DNA of 64,000 bases from Minisyncoccota bacterium (GTDB lineage Bacteria > Patescibacteriota > Minisyncoccia > UBA6257), in contig JAQVJU010000001.1 in the NCBI GenBank assembly GCA_028694995.1, positions 15,314-79,313 of the forward strand. The letters are read 5' to 3'. The position numbers were made by a program, and so were the translations under genes. The notes under the pieces are model-generated. The model made no database searches and had not been told where the DNA came from. It worked only from the letters and a program-made list of their open reading frames with translations. Every line of letters begins with the position of its first letter. The first letter of the stretch is position 1. Below, piece after piece: positions 36,588 to 46,033 of this stretch.

Positions 36588-38324
36588 ATGCTCAAATCAG
36601 AAATCAAAAAATATATTCATCAATCTTTTAAAAAAGTAGCTAAAAAAAATAATTGGCCTCTGTTATCTATTAATGATATCCCTTTAGAAACTCCTGCTAT
36701 TGAACAATTTGGAGATTATAGCACCACCATTGCTTTTTTAATCAGTAAAAATGTTAAGAAATCTCCTTTAGAAATAGCTGAGATTTTAGTAAAAGAAATG
36801 AACCTACAATTACCCAATAAGATATTAAAGGTTGAGATAGCTAAAAATGGTTTTATTAATTTTTATCTTAATCCAATATTTATCCAAAAACAATTAGAGA
36901 AGATTTTAAAAAATAAAGAAACCTTTGGTTTTTCAAAAAAAGGAAAAAAAGAAAAAATTGTCATTGATTATTCATCACCTAATATTGCCAAGCCAATGCA
37001 TATTGGCCATTTACGCTCAACCATTATCGGAGAGGCCTTGGCTAATCTCTATGAATGCTTGGGTTATCAAGTAATTCGTTGGAATTACCTTGGTGATTGG
37101 GGAACTCAATTTGGAAAATTAATTGCTGCATATAAACTCTGGGGCAATAAAAAAGAAATAGAAAAAGCACCTATTGCTACCCTTCTTCATTTATATAGAA
37201 AATTCCATCAAGAATTAAAAAATAATCCAGAATTAGAAAAATTCGGCCAACAAGAATTTAAAAAACTAGAACAAGGTAATAAAGAAAACAGAAAATTGTG
37301 GCTTTGGTTTAAAAAAGAATCTTTAAAAGAATTTGAAAAAATCTATCATCTTTTAAATATTAAATTTGATCTTTTTGTCAGTGAAAGTTTTTTTGAAAAA
37401 GATCTTCTCCCTTTAATAAATTCTTTACATAAAAAAGGATTAACTCAAGAAAGCCAAGGGGCCATAATTATTCCTTTAGAAAAATATGGCCTACCTCCAG
37501 CCCTGATTCAAAAATCAGATGAAGCTTCTTTGTATCTTACCCGTGATTTGGCTTTAATTTCCTATCGTTTTAAAAAATACCAACCAATAAAAATTCTTTA
37601 TGTTGTTGGCAATGAACAAGACATACACTTTAAACAAGTTTTTACCTTAGCAAAAATACTTTTTCCAAAACAAAAAACCGAATTAGCGCATGTAAAATTT
37701 GGTTTAGTTTTATCAACAGAAAAGAAAAAATTCTCCACTAGAGAAGGTGAGTTAATTTCCTTAGACCAAGTAATTAATGAAGCGATTGAAAAATCCTTGG
37801 AGATAATTAAAAAGAAAAACACTGACTGGCCATTAAAAAAACAAGAGAAATTAGCTCAAGCTATTGCCCTTGGCGCCTTAAAGTTCAATGACTTAAAATC
37901 ATTCCGTACCCTTGATGTTGTTTTTGACTGGGATAAAATGCTTGATTTTTCTGGAAATACCAGTGTTTATCTTCAATATACTTATGCTCGGATAAATAAA
38001 ATTCTTACTAAAGCCAAAAAAACCAAAAATATTAAACCAAACTATTTGTCATTAAATCACCCTTTGGAAATTCAACTCATTAAAAAATTATCTGAATTTC
38101 CAGAAATAATAGAATTAAGCGCTGAAAAATATGCGCCAAATTACTTAGCCACTTATTTATTATCTCTTGCTGATTTATCTAATCAATACTATGAATCAGT
38201 CCCGGTGCTTAAAGAAGAAAATAAAGATCGCCTTCAAGCTCAATTAAATCTTTTACAAACCATTACCCAAATCTTAAAAAACGGTTTACAAATATTAGGG
38301 ATTCAAGTTTTAAAAGAAATTTAG
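36588..38324 (+). CDS. argS: arginine--tRNA ligase
   Basis: SSPNIAKPMHIGHLRST (HIGH), anticodon-binding DALR C-terminal domain. Confidence 0.9.
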   Translation: MLKSEIKKYIHQSFKKVAKKNNWPLLSINDIPLETPAIEQFGDYSTTIAFLISKNVKKSPLEIAEILVKEMNLQLPNKILKVEIAKNGFINFYLNPIFIQKQLEKILKNKETFGFSKKGKKEKIVIDYSSPNIAKPMHIGHLRSTIIGEALANLYECLGYQVIRWNYLGDWGTQFGKLIAAYKLWGNKKEIEKAPIATLLHLYRKFHQELKNNPELEKFGQQEFKKLEQGNKENRKLWLWFKKESLKEFEKIYHLLNIKFDLFVSESFFEKDLLPLINSLHKKGLTQESQGAIIIPLEKYGLPPALIQKSDEASLYLTRDLALISYRFKKYQPIKILYVVGNEQDIHFKQVFTLAKILFPKQKTELAHVKFGLVLSTEKKKFSTREGELISLDQVINEAIEKSLEIIKKKNTDWPLKKQEKLAQAIALGALKFNDLKSFRTLDVVFDWDKMLDFSGNTSVYLQYTYARINKILTKAKKTKNIKPNYLSLNHPLEIQLIKKLSEFPEIIELSAEKYAPNYLATYLLSLADLSNQYYESVPVLKEENKDRLQAQLNLLQTITQILKNGLQILGIQVLKEI

Positions 38325-38340
38325 AATTAAAATAAAAGAC

Positions 38341-38368
38341 TTGACAAATATTTTCTGTTTGCTATACT
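38341..38368 (+). promoter_or_regulatory. sigma70-like promoter copy 1 (TTGACA-16-TATACT) within repeated AGACTTGACAAAT box
   Basis: Read directly from the sequence. Confidence 0.45.
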
Positions 38369-38372
38369 AAGG

Positions 38373-38421
38373 ATGCTGTCATTTAGAGAAGCTTGCTTCA
38401 ATAAGTGGCAGCATTTTTTTA
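38373..38421 (+). terminator. very strong intrinsic terminator (about 20-bp near-perfect hairpin + T7) downstream of argS
   Basis: ATGCTGTCATTTAGAGAAGC-TT-GCTTCAATAAGTGGCAGCAT followed by TTTTTTT. Confidence 0.6.
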
Positions 38422-38453
38422 TTAAACCCTTAATATAAGATTATTAAGTAGAC

Positions 38454-38482
38454 TTGACAAATTATAAATTTATAGTTATAAT
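38454..38482 (+). promoter_or_regulatory. sigma70-like promoter copy 2 (TTGACA-17-TATAAT) for the lipoprotein gene
   Basis: Consensus -35 and -10 with 17-nt spacer; same AGACTTGACAAAT box as copy 1. Confidence 0.5.
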
Positions 38483-38547
38483 TTGTTTAGCATTTTGACA
38501 ATTTTAAATATTAAATAAAAAATTAGAAAGAAAGGAATTGAGCTGAA

Positions 38548-38892
38548 ATGAAAAATAAAGCTGTCTTGTTAATAATTATTTTTATTAGCTTGGTTTGTTT
38601 AAATGGGTGCTACTGTTGTGGTCCCTGTATTACCTGTCCGTCACCTACCCCTAAATGTAGTTTGACTGTTATTGCCACGTATACCAGTAATGTATACGGA
38701 TATGTATACATTAATAATCAAAATACTGGCAAATATATCGATTTCGAATACTCCCCGAGTATTCGATTCGAAAATCTGCCATGCAACCAGATGGTTAAAG
38801 TATACGTAGTAGATAGCGGCCCATGCTTTTCGCATGTGCAGCATATCTACTTAAATCCTGGTGGTAATACTTTGTATTTTACATATTGGTAG
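38548..38892 (+). CDS. small Cys-rich secreted lipoprotein (114 aa), GC-elevated codons
   Basis: Signal peptide with lipobox LNG-C; mature part has CYCCGPCITCPSPTPKC and three further Cys. Confidence 0.5.
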   Translation: MKNKAVLLIIIFISLVCLNGCYCCGPCITCPSPTPKCSLTVIATYTSNVYGYVYINNQNTGKYIDFEYSPSIRFENLPCNQMVKVYVVDSGPCFSHVQHIYLNPGGNTLYFTYW

Positions 38893-38899
38893 CAACTTA

Positions 38900-38928
38900 A
38901 GCCCGTTCAATAAATGAACGGGTTTTTC
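38900..38928 (+). terminator. rho-independent terminator of the lipoprotein gene
   Basis: GCCCGTTCA-ATAAA-TGAACGGG-TTTTTC. Confidence 0.8.
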
Positions 38929-39071
38929 ATTTAAATACTTATTATCTTACTATTGTCAATATTGGTAAAATATGGTATAATTTAAAATAGAAGAATCAAG
39001 GAATTAATCTTTCTTTGAATTAATCAATTTATTCTATATAATTAAAAAGAGTAAAATATCAATTTAAAAAA

Positions 39072-40139
39072 ATGTTAAAAAGAATAAAAAATTGGTTTTG
39101 GCCTACAAAAGAGAATAATTTTCATCCTGGTATTTTAAGTGATCGGGCTATTTCCATATTTATTCTTTTGTTTTTATTAGTCAAGGTTATCTTTAGTTTT
39201 AATCTTATTTTAGTAAAACAATCCTCTCTTTTTGCTGATGTAAGCGCTCAGGAGATTTTTCAATTAACTAATGATATTAGAAAACAAAGTGGTTTAACAC
39301 CAGTTTTAGAAAATTCTTTATTAAATCAAGCTGCGAGATATAAAGCTGAAGATATGTTGCAACATTCTTATTTTAGTCATTTCAGCCCTGCGGGAATTTC
39401 CCCTTGGTTTTGGATAGAAAAAGCTGGATATGATTATTATTATGCCGGAGAGAATTTAGCAATGAATTTTTTAGATAGCGAAGAAGTTGTTAAAGGCTGG
39501 TTTAATTCTCCTCGTCATCGAGATAATCTCTTAAATAAAAACTATCAGGAAATGGGTATTGCTGTTATCTCTGGTGATTTTAATAAAGAAGGAATTAATA
39601 GAATCTTAGTGGTTCAATTATTTGGCGCTAAAAAACACCAACCTTCAACACCAATAGCTTTAGCACAAGAACCAGAAACAACCCCAGAAAAAGAAACTGT
39701 CATTCCCTCAGAACAACATATAGAAGAATCTTTTGAGCAAACCCCTAGTGAAGTTTTATCTGAACAGGAACAACCAACTACTGAACCAACTGAGATTGCA
39801 TCAAGTAAGCCAACCATTCCTATAGAAACTACTCAAGAAGAAAGTCTTGTTCAACCTGAGCCAGAAATACCAGTGGCAACAGTATTATTAGAACAACAAA
39901 ACATTTTAAATAAAATAAACAACAATACTAGAAACCAAGTAGATATTATTAATAAAATTATCGCTGTTTTCATAATCTCTTTTGGTTTAATAATACTGTT
40001 TGGTATTGTTTTACAAAGACAATCTATTGATATTGGTATTTCTGAATTAGTTCTTAGAAGCTTTATTGTTATTATTTTAGGAATTTCATTTTTCACTTTT
40101 CAATTAGAAAGCATTATTGGAAACTTAATGATTTATTAA
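39072..40139 (+). CDS. CAP/SCP (PR-1-like, YkwD-type) domain protein with acidic linker and C-terminal TM helices
   Basis: NQAARYKAEDMLQHSYFSHFSP...GENLAMNF...VKGWFNSPRHRDNLLNKNYQEMGIAV matches the CAP domain pattern. Confidence 0.6.
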   Translation: MLKRIKNWFWPTKENNFHPGILSDRAISIFILLFLLVKVIFSFNLILVKQSSLFADVSAQEIFQLTNDIRKQSGLTPVLENSLLNQAARYKAEDMLQHSYFSHFSPAGISPWFWIEKAGYDYYYAGENLAMNFLDSEEVVKGWFNSPRHRDNLLNKNYQEMGIAVISGDFNKEGINRILVVQLFGAKKHQPSTPIALAQEPETTPEKETVIPSEQHIEESFEQTPSEVLSEQEQPTTEPTEIASSKPTIPIETTQEESLVQPEPEIPVATVLLEQQNILNKINNNTRNQVDIINKIIAVFIISFGLIILFGIVLQRQSIDIGISELVLRSFIVIILGISFFTFQLESIIGNLMIY

Positions 40140-40141
40140 AG

Positions 40142-40858
40142 ATGACTACTGATGTAAAAATTTCATTGTTTGCTTTTTTATTTCTCTTTTTGGGTCTTTT
40201 TTTTATATTCAATGGCAGCGCTTTTCCTACCTGGTTTAATTACAAATTTCAAGAAATAACCCATCTTTTCCAAAGCGAATTATTCCGTTCTCCAAAATTC
40301 CTGACTAAAATCCCTGTAGTTGAAAAAGATGGATTAAATTCTAATGTTCTTTTTCCTTTTTTTTCTCCAACTGAAACAGGAAATGTAGTTTTACCGCCTA
40401 TTCCTGAAGAGGCAAATGAAACAAATATTATTGAATTACCAAAATTCAATATTAAAGCCCCAATCATTACTGTAAAAACTCCTGATTTGGATTTAATTTA
40501 CAAAGAGCTTAAAAAAGGAGTGGTGCTTTATCCAGGATCAACTAATCCTAAACAAGGTTATTCTATTATTATCGGTCATAGCTCCCAATATCCATGGGAA
40601 AAAGGTAATTATAAATCAGTTTTTTCTTTATTAAATGAATTGGATATTGGTGACCAAATCTATATTTTTTGGGAGCAACAACCTTTAGTTTTTGAATTTG
40701 CAGATAAGAAAATTTTTATCCCCTGGCCTAAAGGCTCAGAGACCACAGAAACAATCTTTCCCCCAAGCAATGAGGAAACAATTCTTATTCTTCAAAGTTG
40801 CTGGCCGGTGGGTGTAGCCTCAAAGCGAGTTGCGGTAAAGCTGGTTCTTGTGAAATAA
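40142..40858 (+). CDS. sortase-family transpeptidase (putative)
   Basis: N-terminal TM; His (IIGHSSQ), Cys in LILQSCWPVG (TLxTC-like) and downstream Arg (SKRVAVK) with the spacing of the sortase catalytic triad. Confidence 0.5.
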   Translation: MTTDVKISLFAFLFLFLGLFFIFNGSAFPTWFNYKFQEITHLFQSELFRSPKFLTKIPVVEKDGLNSNVLFPFFSPTETGNVVLPPIPEEANETNIIELPKFNIKAPIITVKTPDLDLIYKELKKGVVLYPGSTNPKQGYSIIIGHSSQYPWEKGNYKSVFSLLNELDIGDQIYIFWEQQPLVFEFADKKIFIPWPKGSETTETIFPPSNEETILILQSCWPVGVASKRVAVKLVLVK

Positions 40859-40887
40859 TTCTTTATCTGTTATTATGATTAAGCTTT

Positions 40888-40962
40888 GGCGCTATCGTCT
40901 AGTCTGGTCTAGGACACGGGGCCTTCAATCCCGGAACATGGGTTCGAATCCCATTAGCGCCA
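40888..40962 (+). tRNA. tRNA-Glu (anticodon UUC; unusual C at position 33), no full CCA encoded
   Basis: GGCGCTA-TC-GTC-TAGTCTGGTCTAG-GAC-A-CGGGG-CCTTCAA-TCCCG-GAAC-ATGGG-TTCGAAT-CCCAT-TAGCGCC-A; overall architecture like bacterial tRNA-Glu. Confidence 0.65.
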
Positions 40963-40986
40963 CCTCTTATTGCCAATCATTTTATT

Positions 40987-42090
40987 ATGATAATTTTGGG
41001 AATTGAAACTTCTTGTGATGAAACGGCTATTGGTATTTTAGAAGCTAAAAAAACCAAGGCCGGTTTTTTTATTAAACCCTTAAGCAATGTTGTTTCCAGC
41101 CAAATTAAAATCCATAAAAAATATGGAGGCGTTGTCCCAATGCTAGCTAGTAGAGAACATACAAAAAACATTCCTTTTGTTTTAAAAAAATCTTTACGAC
41201 AAACCTTTGGTTCTGAAAAAGAATTCTCTAAAATTGATCTTATTGCAGTGACTAAAGGGCCAGGTTTAATTCTTTCTTTATTAATTGGTGTTAATTTTGC
41301 TAAAACATTAGCTTGGGCTTGGGAAAAACCAATTATGGGTGTTAATCACTTAGAAGGACATTTATTTAGTTTTTTATTACCAGAAAAGAATAAAAGTCAT
41401 AAGCTTTCAATTAATGATTATGAGAAAATATTCCCTGCTATTTGTCTTTTAGTTTCTGGTGGCCATACCCAATTAATCCATATTAAAAAATTCGGTGATT
41501 ATAAAATTATTGGTGAAACCCGAGATGATGCTGCTGGTGAATGTTTTGATAAAGGAGCTCGTATCTTGGATTTAGAATATCCTGGCGGACCAAATATAGC
41601 TAAAATAGCAGAGCAAGTTAAAACAATTCAAAAAATATCAAAACTACAAGATATTTCTTTGCCTAGACCAATGATACATACTAAAGATTATGATTTTTCT
41701 TTTTCTGGATTAAAAACCGCCCTTCTTTATTTAACTCAAGAGATTAATTTTTCAAATAAAAAAAAGAAATTAACCCCAATGCTTGCTTTTGAGCTTCAAG
41801 AAGCTATTACTGATGTTTTGGTAGAAAAAACTCTTAAAGCTGCTCAAGAATTTAAAACAAAATCCATTATTTTAGCTGGAGGAGTTTCAGCTAATTTAAG
41901 ATTGAGACAAAAATTTGAAAATAGATTAAAAGAGAGAGATTTGAACATTAAACTCTTAACCCCTTTATTGGAATACACTACTGATAATGCTATAATGATA
42001 GCGCTTGCTGGCTTTTTCCAATATGTTTACAACCCAAGGAAAATTTGGGATTGGAAAAAACTTGAAGCAATGGCTAATTTAAGATTATAG
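40987..42090 (+). CDS. tsaD: tRNA N6-adenosine threonylcarbamoyltransferase TsaD (Kae1/Gcp)
   Basis: MIILGIETSCDETAIGIL, HLEGH metal-binding motif. Confidence 0.9.
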   Translation: MIILGIETSCDETAIGILEAKKTKAGFFIKPLSNVVSSQIKIHKKYGGVVPMLASREHTKNIPFVLKKSLRQTFGSEKEFSKIDLIAVTKGPGLILSLLIGVNFAKTLAWAWEKPIMGVNHLEGHLFSFLLPEKNKSHKLSINDYEKIFPAICLLVSGGHTQLIHIKKFGDYKIIGETRDDAAGECFDKGARILDLEYPGGPNIAKIAEQVKTIQKISKLQDISLPRPMIHTKDYDFSFSGLKTALLYLTQEINFSNKKKKLTPMLAFELQEAITDVLVEKTLKAAQEFKTKSIILAGGVSANLRLRQKFENRLKERDLNIKLLTPLLEYTTDNAIMIALAGFFQYVYNPRKIWDWKKLEAMANLRL

Positions 42091-42118
42091 GTTAATTTAT
42101 AAAAACAATTCTGAAACC

Positions 42119-44287
42119 GTGGATAAGGTTTACGAACATCAAAAAACAGAAAAAAATATCTATCAGCTTTGGGAAAAATCAGGCTTTTTTAATCCTGATA
42201 AATTACCTTTTGATAAAAAAAGCAAACCTTTTTGTATTATCATGCCTCCACCAAACGCTAATGCGCCATTACATATTGGCCATGGTGTTTTTGTTACTTT
42301 GCAAGATTTAATGATTCGTTTTCAAAGAATGAGGGGCAGAAGAACTCTTTGGCTTCCAGGCACTGATCATGCTGGATTTGAAACCCAAGTAGTTTTTGAA
42401 AAAGAATTAGAAAAACAAGGAAAATCTGGTTTAGAAATGAATCGAGATGAGTTTTATAAATCAGTCTGGCAATACACACAAAAAAACAAAAAAATTGTCA
42501 GAGATCAATTAAAACTCTTAGGCGCTTCTTGTGATTGGTCTCGAGAAAAATTCACTCTTGATAAGGATATTCAAAAAACTGTTTATCAAACCTTAGAAAA
42601 ATTATGGAAAGACGGATTATTGTATCGAGGCAAAAGAATTGTCAACTATTGCCCTAAGCATAAAACTGCTTTTTCTGAATTAGAAGTTAAATATCAAGAA
42701 CAAAAAGATTTTCTCTATTTTGTAAGATACAGGTTAAAAGAAGAAAAAAACAAATGGATTACTGTGGCTACTACCAGACCAGAAACTATTCCTGGAGACA
42801 CGGCTATAGCCGTTAATCCTAAGGATAATAGATATAAAAAATTAATTAATAAAATTGTTATTGAACCAATCACCAAAAGAGAAATTCCTATAATTGCTGA
42901 TAAAGATGTTGAAATTGATTTTGGTACTGGGGCTTTAAAAATTACTCCAGCTCATGATTCTTTAGATTTTGAAATAGGGCAAAGGCATCATTTAGAAACA
43001 AGAGGAACTTTGGATTTTAACGGCTATTTTAATGAATTAGCCGGGCCTTTAGCTGGGCTCAATGTTTCTCAAGCCAGAGAAAAATCAATAACAATTTTAC
43101 AAGCCAATGGCTCTTTAGTTAAAAAAGAAGAATATGTTCATCAAGTAGGGCATTGTTATAAATGTAATTCCAGAATAGAGCCAATGATTATGGACCAATG
43201 GTTTATAGCAATGACCAAACTCTTACCAAAGAAAAATAAGTCTTTAAAAGATTTAGCTATTAATGCTGTAAAAAAGGGAGAGATAAAGATAATCCCTTCT
43301 CGTTTTGAAAAGGTATTTTTCCACTGGATGAATAATATCAAAGACTGGAATATTTCCCGTCAAATTCGTTGGGGAATTCCTATCCCTGCTTATCATTGTG
43401 AAGATTGTAAAGAATCTTTTATACAAATAGATAAAATCCCTAAAAAATGCCTTTATTGCCAAAGCAAGAATATTAAAAAAGACACTGATGTCTTAGATAC
43501 CTGGTTTTCTTCAGGTCAATGGCCTTATGCTACTCTTTTTGACAAACAAGGATTAAAATCTAAAGATTTTAAAACCTTTTATCCCACTGACATAATGGAA
43601 ACTGGTTGGGATATTCTATTTTTCTGGGTTGCTAGGATGATTATCCTAGGTATTTATTATACTGGGAAAATTCCATTTAAATATGTTTATCTTCATGGTT
43701 TGGTCAGAGATAAAGATAGACAAAAAATGTCTAAATCAAAAGGTAATGTTATTGATCCCTTAGCTGTAATTGATGTTTATGGAGCTGATGCTTTAAGAAT
43801 GGCTTTAATTATTGGCAATACAGCAGGCAATGATATTGTTATTTCAGAAGAAAAAATCAAAGGTTATCGTAATTTTGCTAATAAAATATGGAATGCCTCT
43901 CGTTTTGTTATTAGTAATTTAAATGATTATGATGGCAAAAAACCAATATTAAATACAAAGGATAAAAAGATATTAATTGCCTTTGAGAAAACAAAACAAA
44001 AGATAACAAAAAACTTAGAAAACTTTAAATTCTCTTTAGCTGGAGAAGCTCTTTATCATTATTTTTGGCATACTTTTGCTGACAAAATAATTGAGGAAAT
44101 GAAAAATAGGATTAAAGAAAATCAAGATAAAAAACAAGCTCAATATATCCTTGATATAATCCTAAAAGATTGCTTAAAAATGTTACATCCATTCATGCCA
44201 TTTGCTACTGAAGCTATTTGGCAAAAACTACCTCATTATAAAAACAAAAAAGATAATCTTTTAATAATTACTCAATGGCCTCAATAA
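42119..44287 (+). CDS. valS: valine--tRNA ligase, short form (722 aa, GTG start, lacks C-terminal coiled coil)
   Basis: PPPNANAPLHIGHG (HIGH), KMSKSKGNVIDP (KMSKS), DWNISRQIRWGIPIP editing/CP1 motif, N-terminal YEHQKTEKNIYQLWEKSGFF. Confidence 0.65.
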   Translation: MDKVYEHQKTEKNIYQLWEKSGFFNPDKLPFDKKSKPFCIIMPPPNANAPLHIGHGVFVTLQDLMIRFQRMRGRRTLWLPGTDHAGFETQVVFEKELEKQGKSGLEMNRDEFYKSVWQYTQKNKKIVRDQLKLLGASCDWSREKFTLDKDIQKTVYQTLEKLWKDGLLYRGKRIVNYCPKHKTAFSELEVKYQEQKDFLYFVRYRLKEEKNKWITVATTRPETIPGDTAIAVNPKDNRYKKLINKIVIEPITKREIPIIADKDVEIDFGTGALKITPAHDSLDFEIGQRHHLETRGTLDFNGYFNELAGPLAGLNVSQAREKSITILQANGSLVKKEEYVHQVGHCYKCNSRIEPMIMDQWFIAMTKLLPKKNKSLKDLAINAVKKGEIKIIPSRFEKVFFHWMNNIKDWNISRQIRWGIPIPAYHCEDCKESFIQIDKIPKKCLYCQSKNIKKDTDVLDTWFSSGQWPYATLFDKQGLKSKDFKTFYPTDIMETGWDILFFWVARMIILGIYYTGKIPFKYVYLHGLVRDKDRQKMSKSKGNVIDPLAVIDVYGADALRMALIIGNTAGNDIVISEEKIKGYRNFANKIWNASRFVISNLNDYDGKKPILNTKDKKILIAFEKTKQKITKNLENFKFSLAGEALYHYFWHTFADKIIEEMKNRIKENQDKKQAQYILDIILKDCLKMLHPFMPFATEAIWQKLPHYKNKKDNLLIITQWPQ

Positions 44288-45015
44288 TTTTGACTTTTAT
44301 TTTAGCAATCTTTATTGGGCTCTTGCCTATTATCCTCTGGTTAATATTTTTTCTATGGCAAGACATTAATAAACCAGAGCCTTTAAAATGGATTTTGATT
44401 CTGTTTTTATTAGGAGCTATCATTACTCCCTTTATTGGAATTATTGAAAATTATTTGCTAAAACTATTTAAAATAAACACTTTAGGTTCTTTATCTTTTG
44501 CTACTGCTATTCTTGTTTGCTTAATCATTGCAATAATAGAAGAATTGGCAAAGTTTTTTACTACAGCAATAGCTTTGAAAAAAAATAAACATTTTGATGA
44601 AGCAATCGACGCGATGATCTATTTAATTGTTTTAGCTTTAGGGTTTGGAGCAGTAGAGAATACATTAGTTGCTTTTCAAGAAATAATGCTTGGAGCAAGT
44701 TTTTTACCAACGCTTCAGTTAATAAGTTTGCGTTTTGTTGGTGCTAATCTACTCCATGCTATAAGCTCAGGAATTATTGGTTTTTTCTGGGCTTTAAGCT
44801 TAATAACTGATAGGAAAAAATATTTAAATATAGGATTATTCTTAGGTATTTTATTGCATTGGCTCTTTAATATTGCTATTATAAAACTAGGCGGCAATGC
44901 TGTTTTTGTAATCAGTCTTGTTTTATTCTTTACTAGTATTTTCCTTCTTTGGGCATTTGATATCCTAAAACAAATTCAAAAACCCATTAATTCAAAAAAT
45001 AAATTAATAATTTAA
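44275..45015 (+). CDS. PrsW-family intramembrane metalloprotease (putative)
   Basis: EELAKF (EExxK), FGAVENTLV (FxxxE), HAISSG / HWLFN motifs on a polytopic membrane protein. Confidence 0.55.
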   Translation: MASIILTFILAIFIGLLPIILWLIFFLWQDINKPEPLKWILILFLLGAIITPFIGIIENYLLKLFKINTLGSLSFATAILVCLIIAIIEELAKFFTTAIALKKNKHFDEAIDAMIYLIVLALGFGAVENTLVAFQEIMLGASFLPTLQLISLRFVGANLLHAISSGIIGFFWALSLITDRKKYLNIGLFLGILLHWLFNIAIIKLGGNAVFVISLVLFFTSIFLLWAFDILKQIQKPINSKNKLII

Positions 45016-45019
45016 TACT

Positions 45020-45415
45020 ATGGCAGAAAAAACCATTTCAAAGAAAATTAACAAAGAAGAAAATGTTTGGCCAGCTTCAGAAGAAGAAGGCGAATTAGCA
45101 ATTGATCTTTGTGAAACCAAAGACGAGCTCATTCTTCAAGCAGCTATTGGCGGTGTGAATATAAATGAAATAGATATTTCTATTACCAATGACATGATTA
45201 CCATCAGGGGAGAAAGAAATCGGGAGGGAAAAGATAAAATTGATAAATTTTATTACAGTGAGTGTTTTTGGGGTCCTTTTTCTCGTTCCTTAATCCTCCC
45301 TCAAGAAATAAACGCTGATAAAGCTAAGGCCTCTATCAAAAATGGTTTACTTAGCATCTATTTGCCAAAATTAATTAAAACCAAAAAGAAAACTTTAAAA
45401 ATAGAAGAGGAATAA
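45020..45415 (+). CDS. Hsp20/alpha-crystallin family small heat-shock protein
   Basis: 131 aa; ACD pattern ...AIDLCETKDELILQAAIGGVNINEIDISI..DMITIRGE...FSRSLILP...A.IKNGLLSIYLPK. Confidence 0.75.
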   Translation: MAEKTISKKINKEENVWPASEEEGELAIDLCETKDELILQAAIGGVNINEIDISITNDMITIRGERNREGKDKIDKFYYSECFWGPFSRSLILPQEINADKAKASIKNGLLSIYLPKLIKTKKKTLKIEEE

Positions 45416-45417
45416 AA

Positions 45418-45501
45418 GCCGCGGTGGCGGAACTGGCAGACGCAATAGGTTTAGGACCTATTAGGGTTTTCCCTGTGGGAGTTCAAATCTCCCCCGCGGC
45501 A
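45418..45501 (+). tRNA. tRNA-Leu (anticodon UAG), type II, no CCA encoded
   Basis: GCCGCGG-TG-GCG..CGC-A-ATAGG-TTTAGGA-CCTAT- long variable arm -GGGAG-TTCAAAT-CTCCC-CCGCGGC-A. Confidence 0.85.
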
Positions 45502-45513
45502 CCCTATTAATTA

Positions 45514-45539
45514 AAAACTCCGTTTTAAACGGAGTTTTT
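45514..45539. terminator. bidirectional rho-independent terminator
   Basis: AAAACTCCGTT-TTA-AACGGAGTTTT. Confidence 0.7.
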
Positions 45540-45568
45540 AATTTGTAATTTAATCTCTTTTTTACTTC

Positions 45569-45916
45569 TTAGAAACCTGTAATACTTACACCTAAGAAAT
45601 TAGCCACTAGGTAAATTAATACCTTAGCCAATAAAGCTATTCCTACTCCTATCAAAGCATAAACCAAAGAGTTTAATGCTTTTTTGGCTTTTTCTGCATC
45701 TCCAGCTGCTGTTATATATTGCCAACCTGCAAAAACTATCATAATCGCTGCTAGAAAAAGCACAATATTAAAAAACCAATTCAAAACTTTTGTTAATATT
45801 ACCCAGATATCAGTTAATCCTCCAGATGTTCCTGGGGGGATAGTTGCTGGCTGACCAAAACAAGGCAAAGCAATAAAAAAGCTTAAAAGTAAAACTGGGA
45901 CGATATATTTTTCCAT
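45569..45916 (-). CDS. small secreted helical-hairpin protein, paralog A (VirB2/TrbC-pilin-like architecture)
   Basis: Signal peptide (..ALPCFGQ), then two hydrophobic helices joined by a charged loop: IVFAGWQYITAAGDAEKAKKALNSLVYALIGVGIALLA. Confidence 0.5.
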   Translation of the reverse strand: MEKYIVPVLLLSFFIALPCFGQPATIPPGTSGGLTDIWVILTKVLNWFFNIVLFLAAIMIVFAGWQYITAAGDAEKAKKALNSLVYALIGVGIALLAKVLIYLVANFLGVSITGF

Positions 45917-46033
45917 TTTGTTTATTGAAATTAATTATATTCGACCTTTAAAAATTATAACAAATTTTAAGCAAATACTCAATAAAAATGATGCTAATTA
46001 ATAATACAATCATGTATTCTTAAGATAGTTTTT

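Noticed and set aside
40888-40962. tRNA-Glu as a possible pseudogene because position 33 reads C rather than the near-universal U
   Set aside because: All stems, the T-loop and the overall Glu-like architecture are intact, and no second tRNA-Glu is in the window. It is kept as a functional tRNA with a flagged oddity; the call needs tRNAscan-SE scoring.
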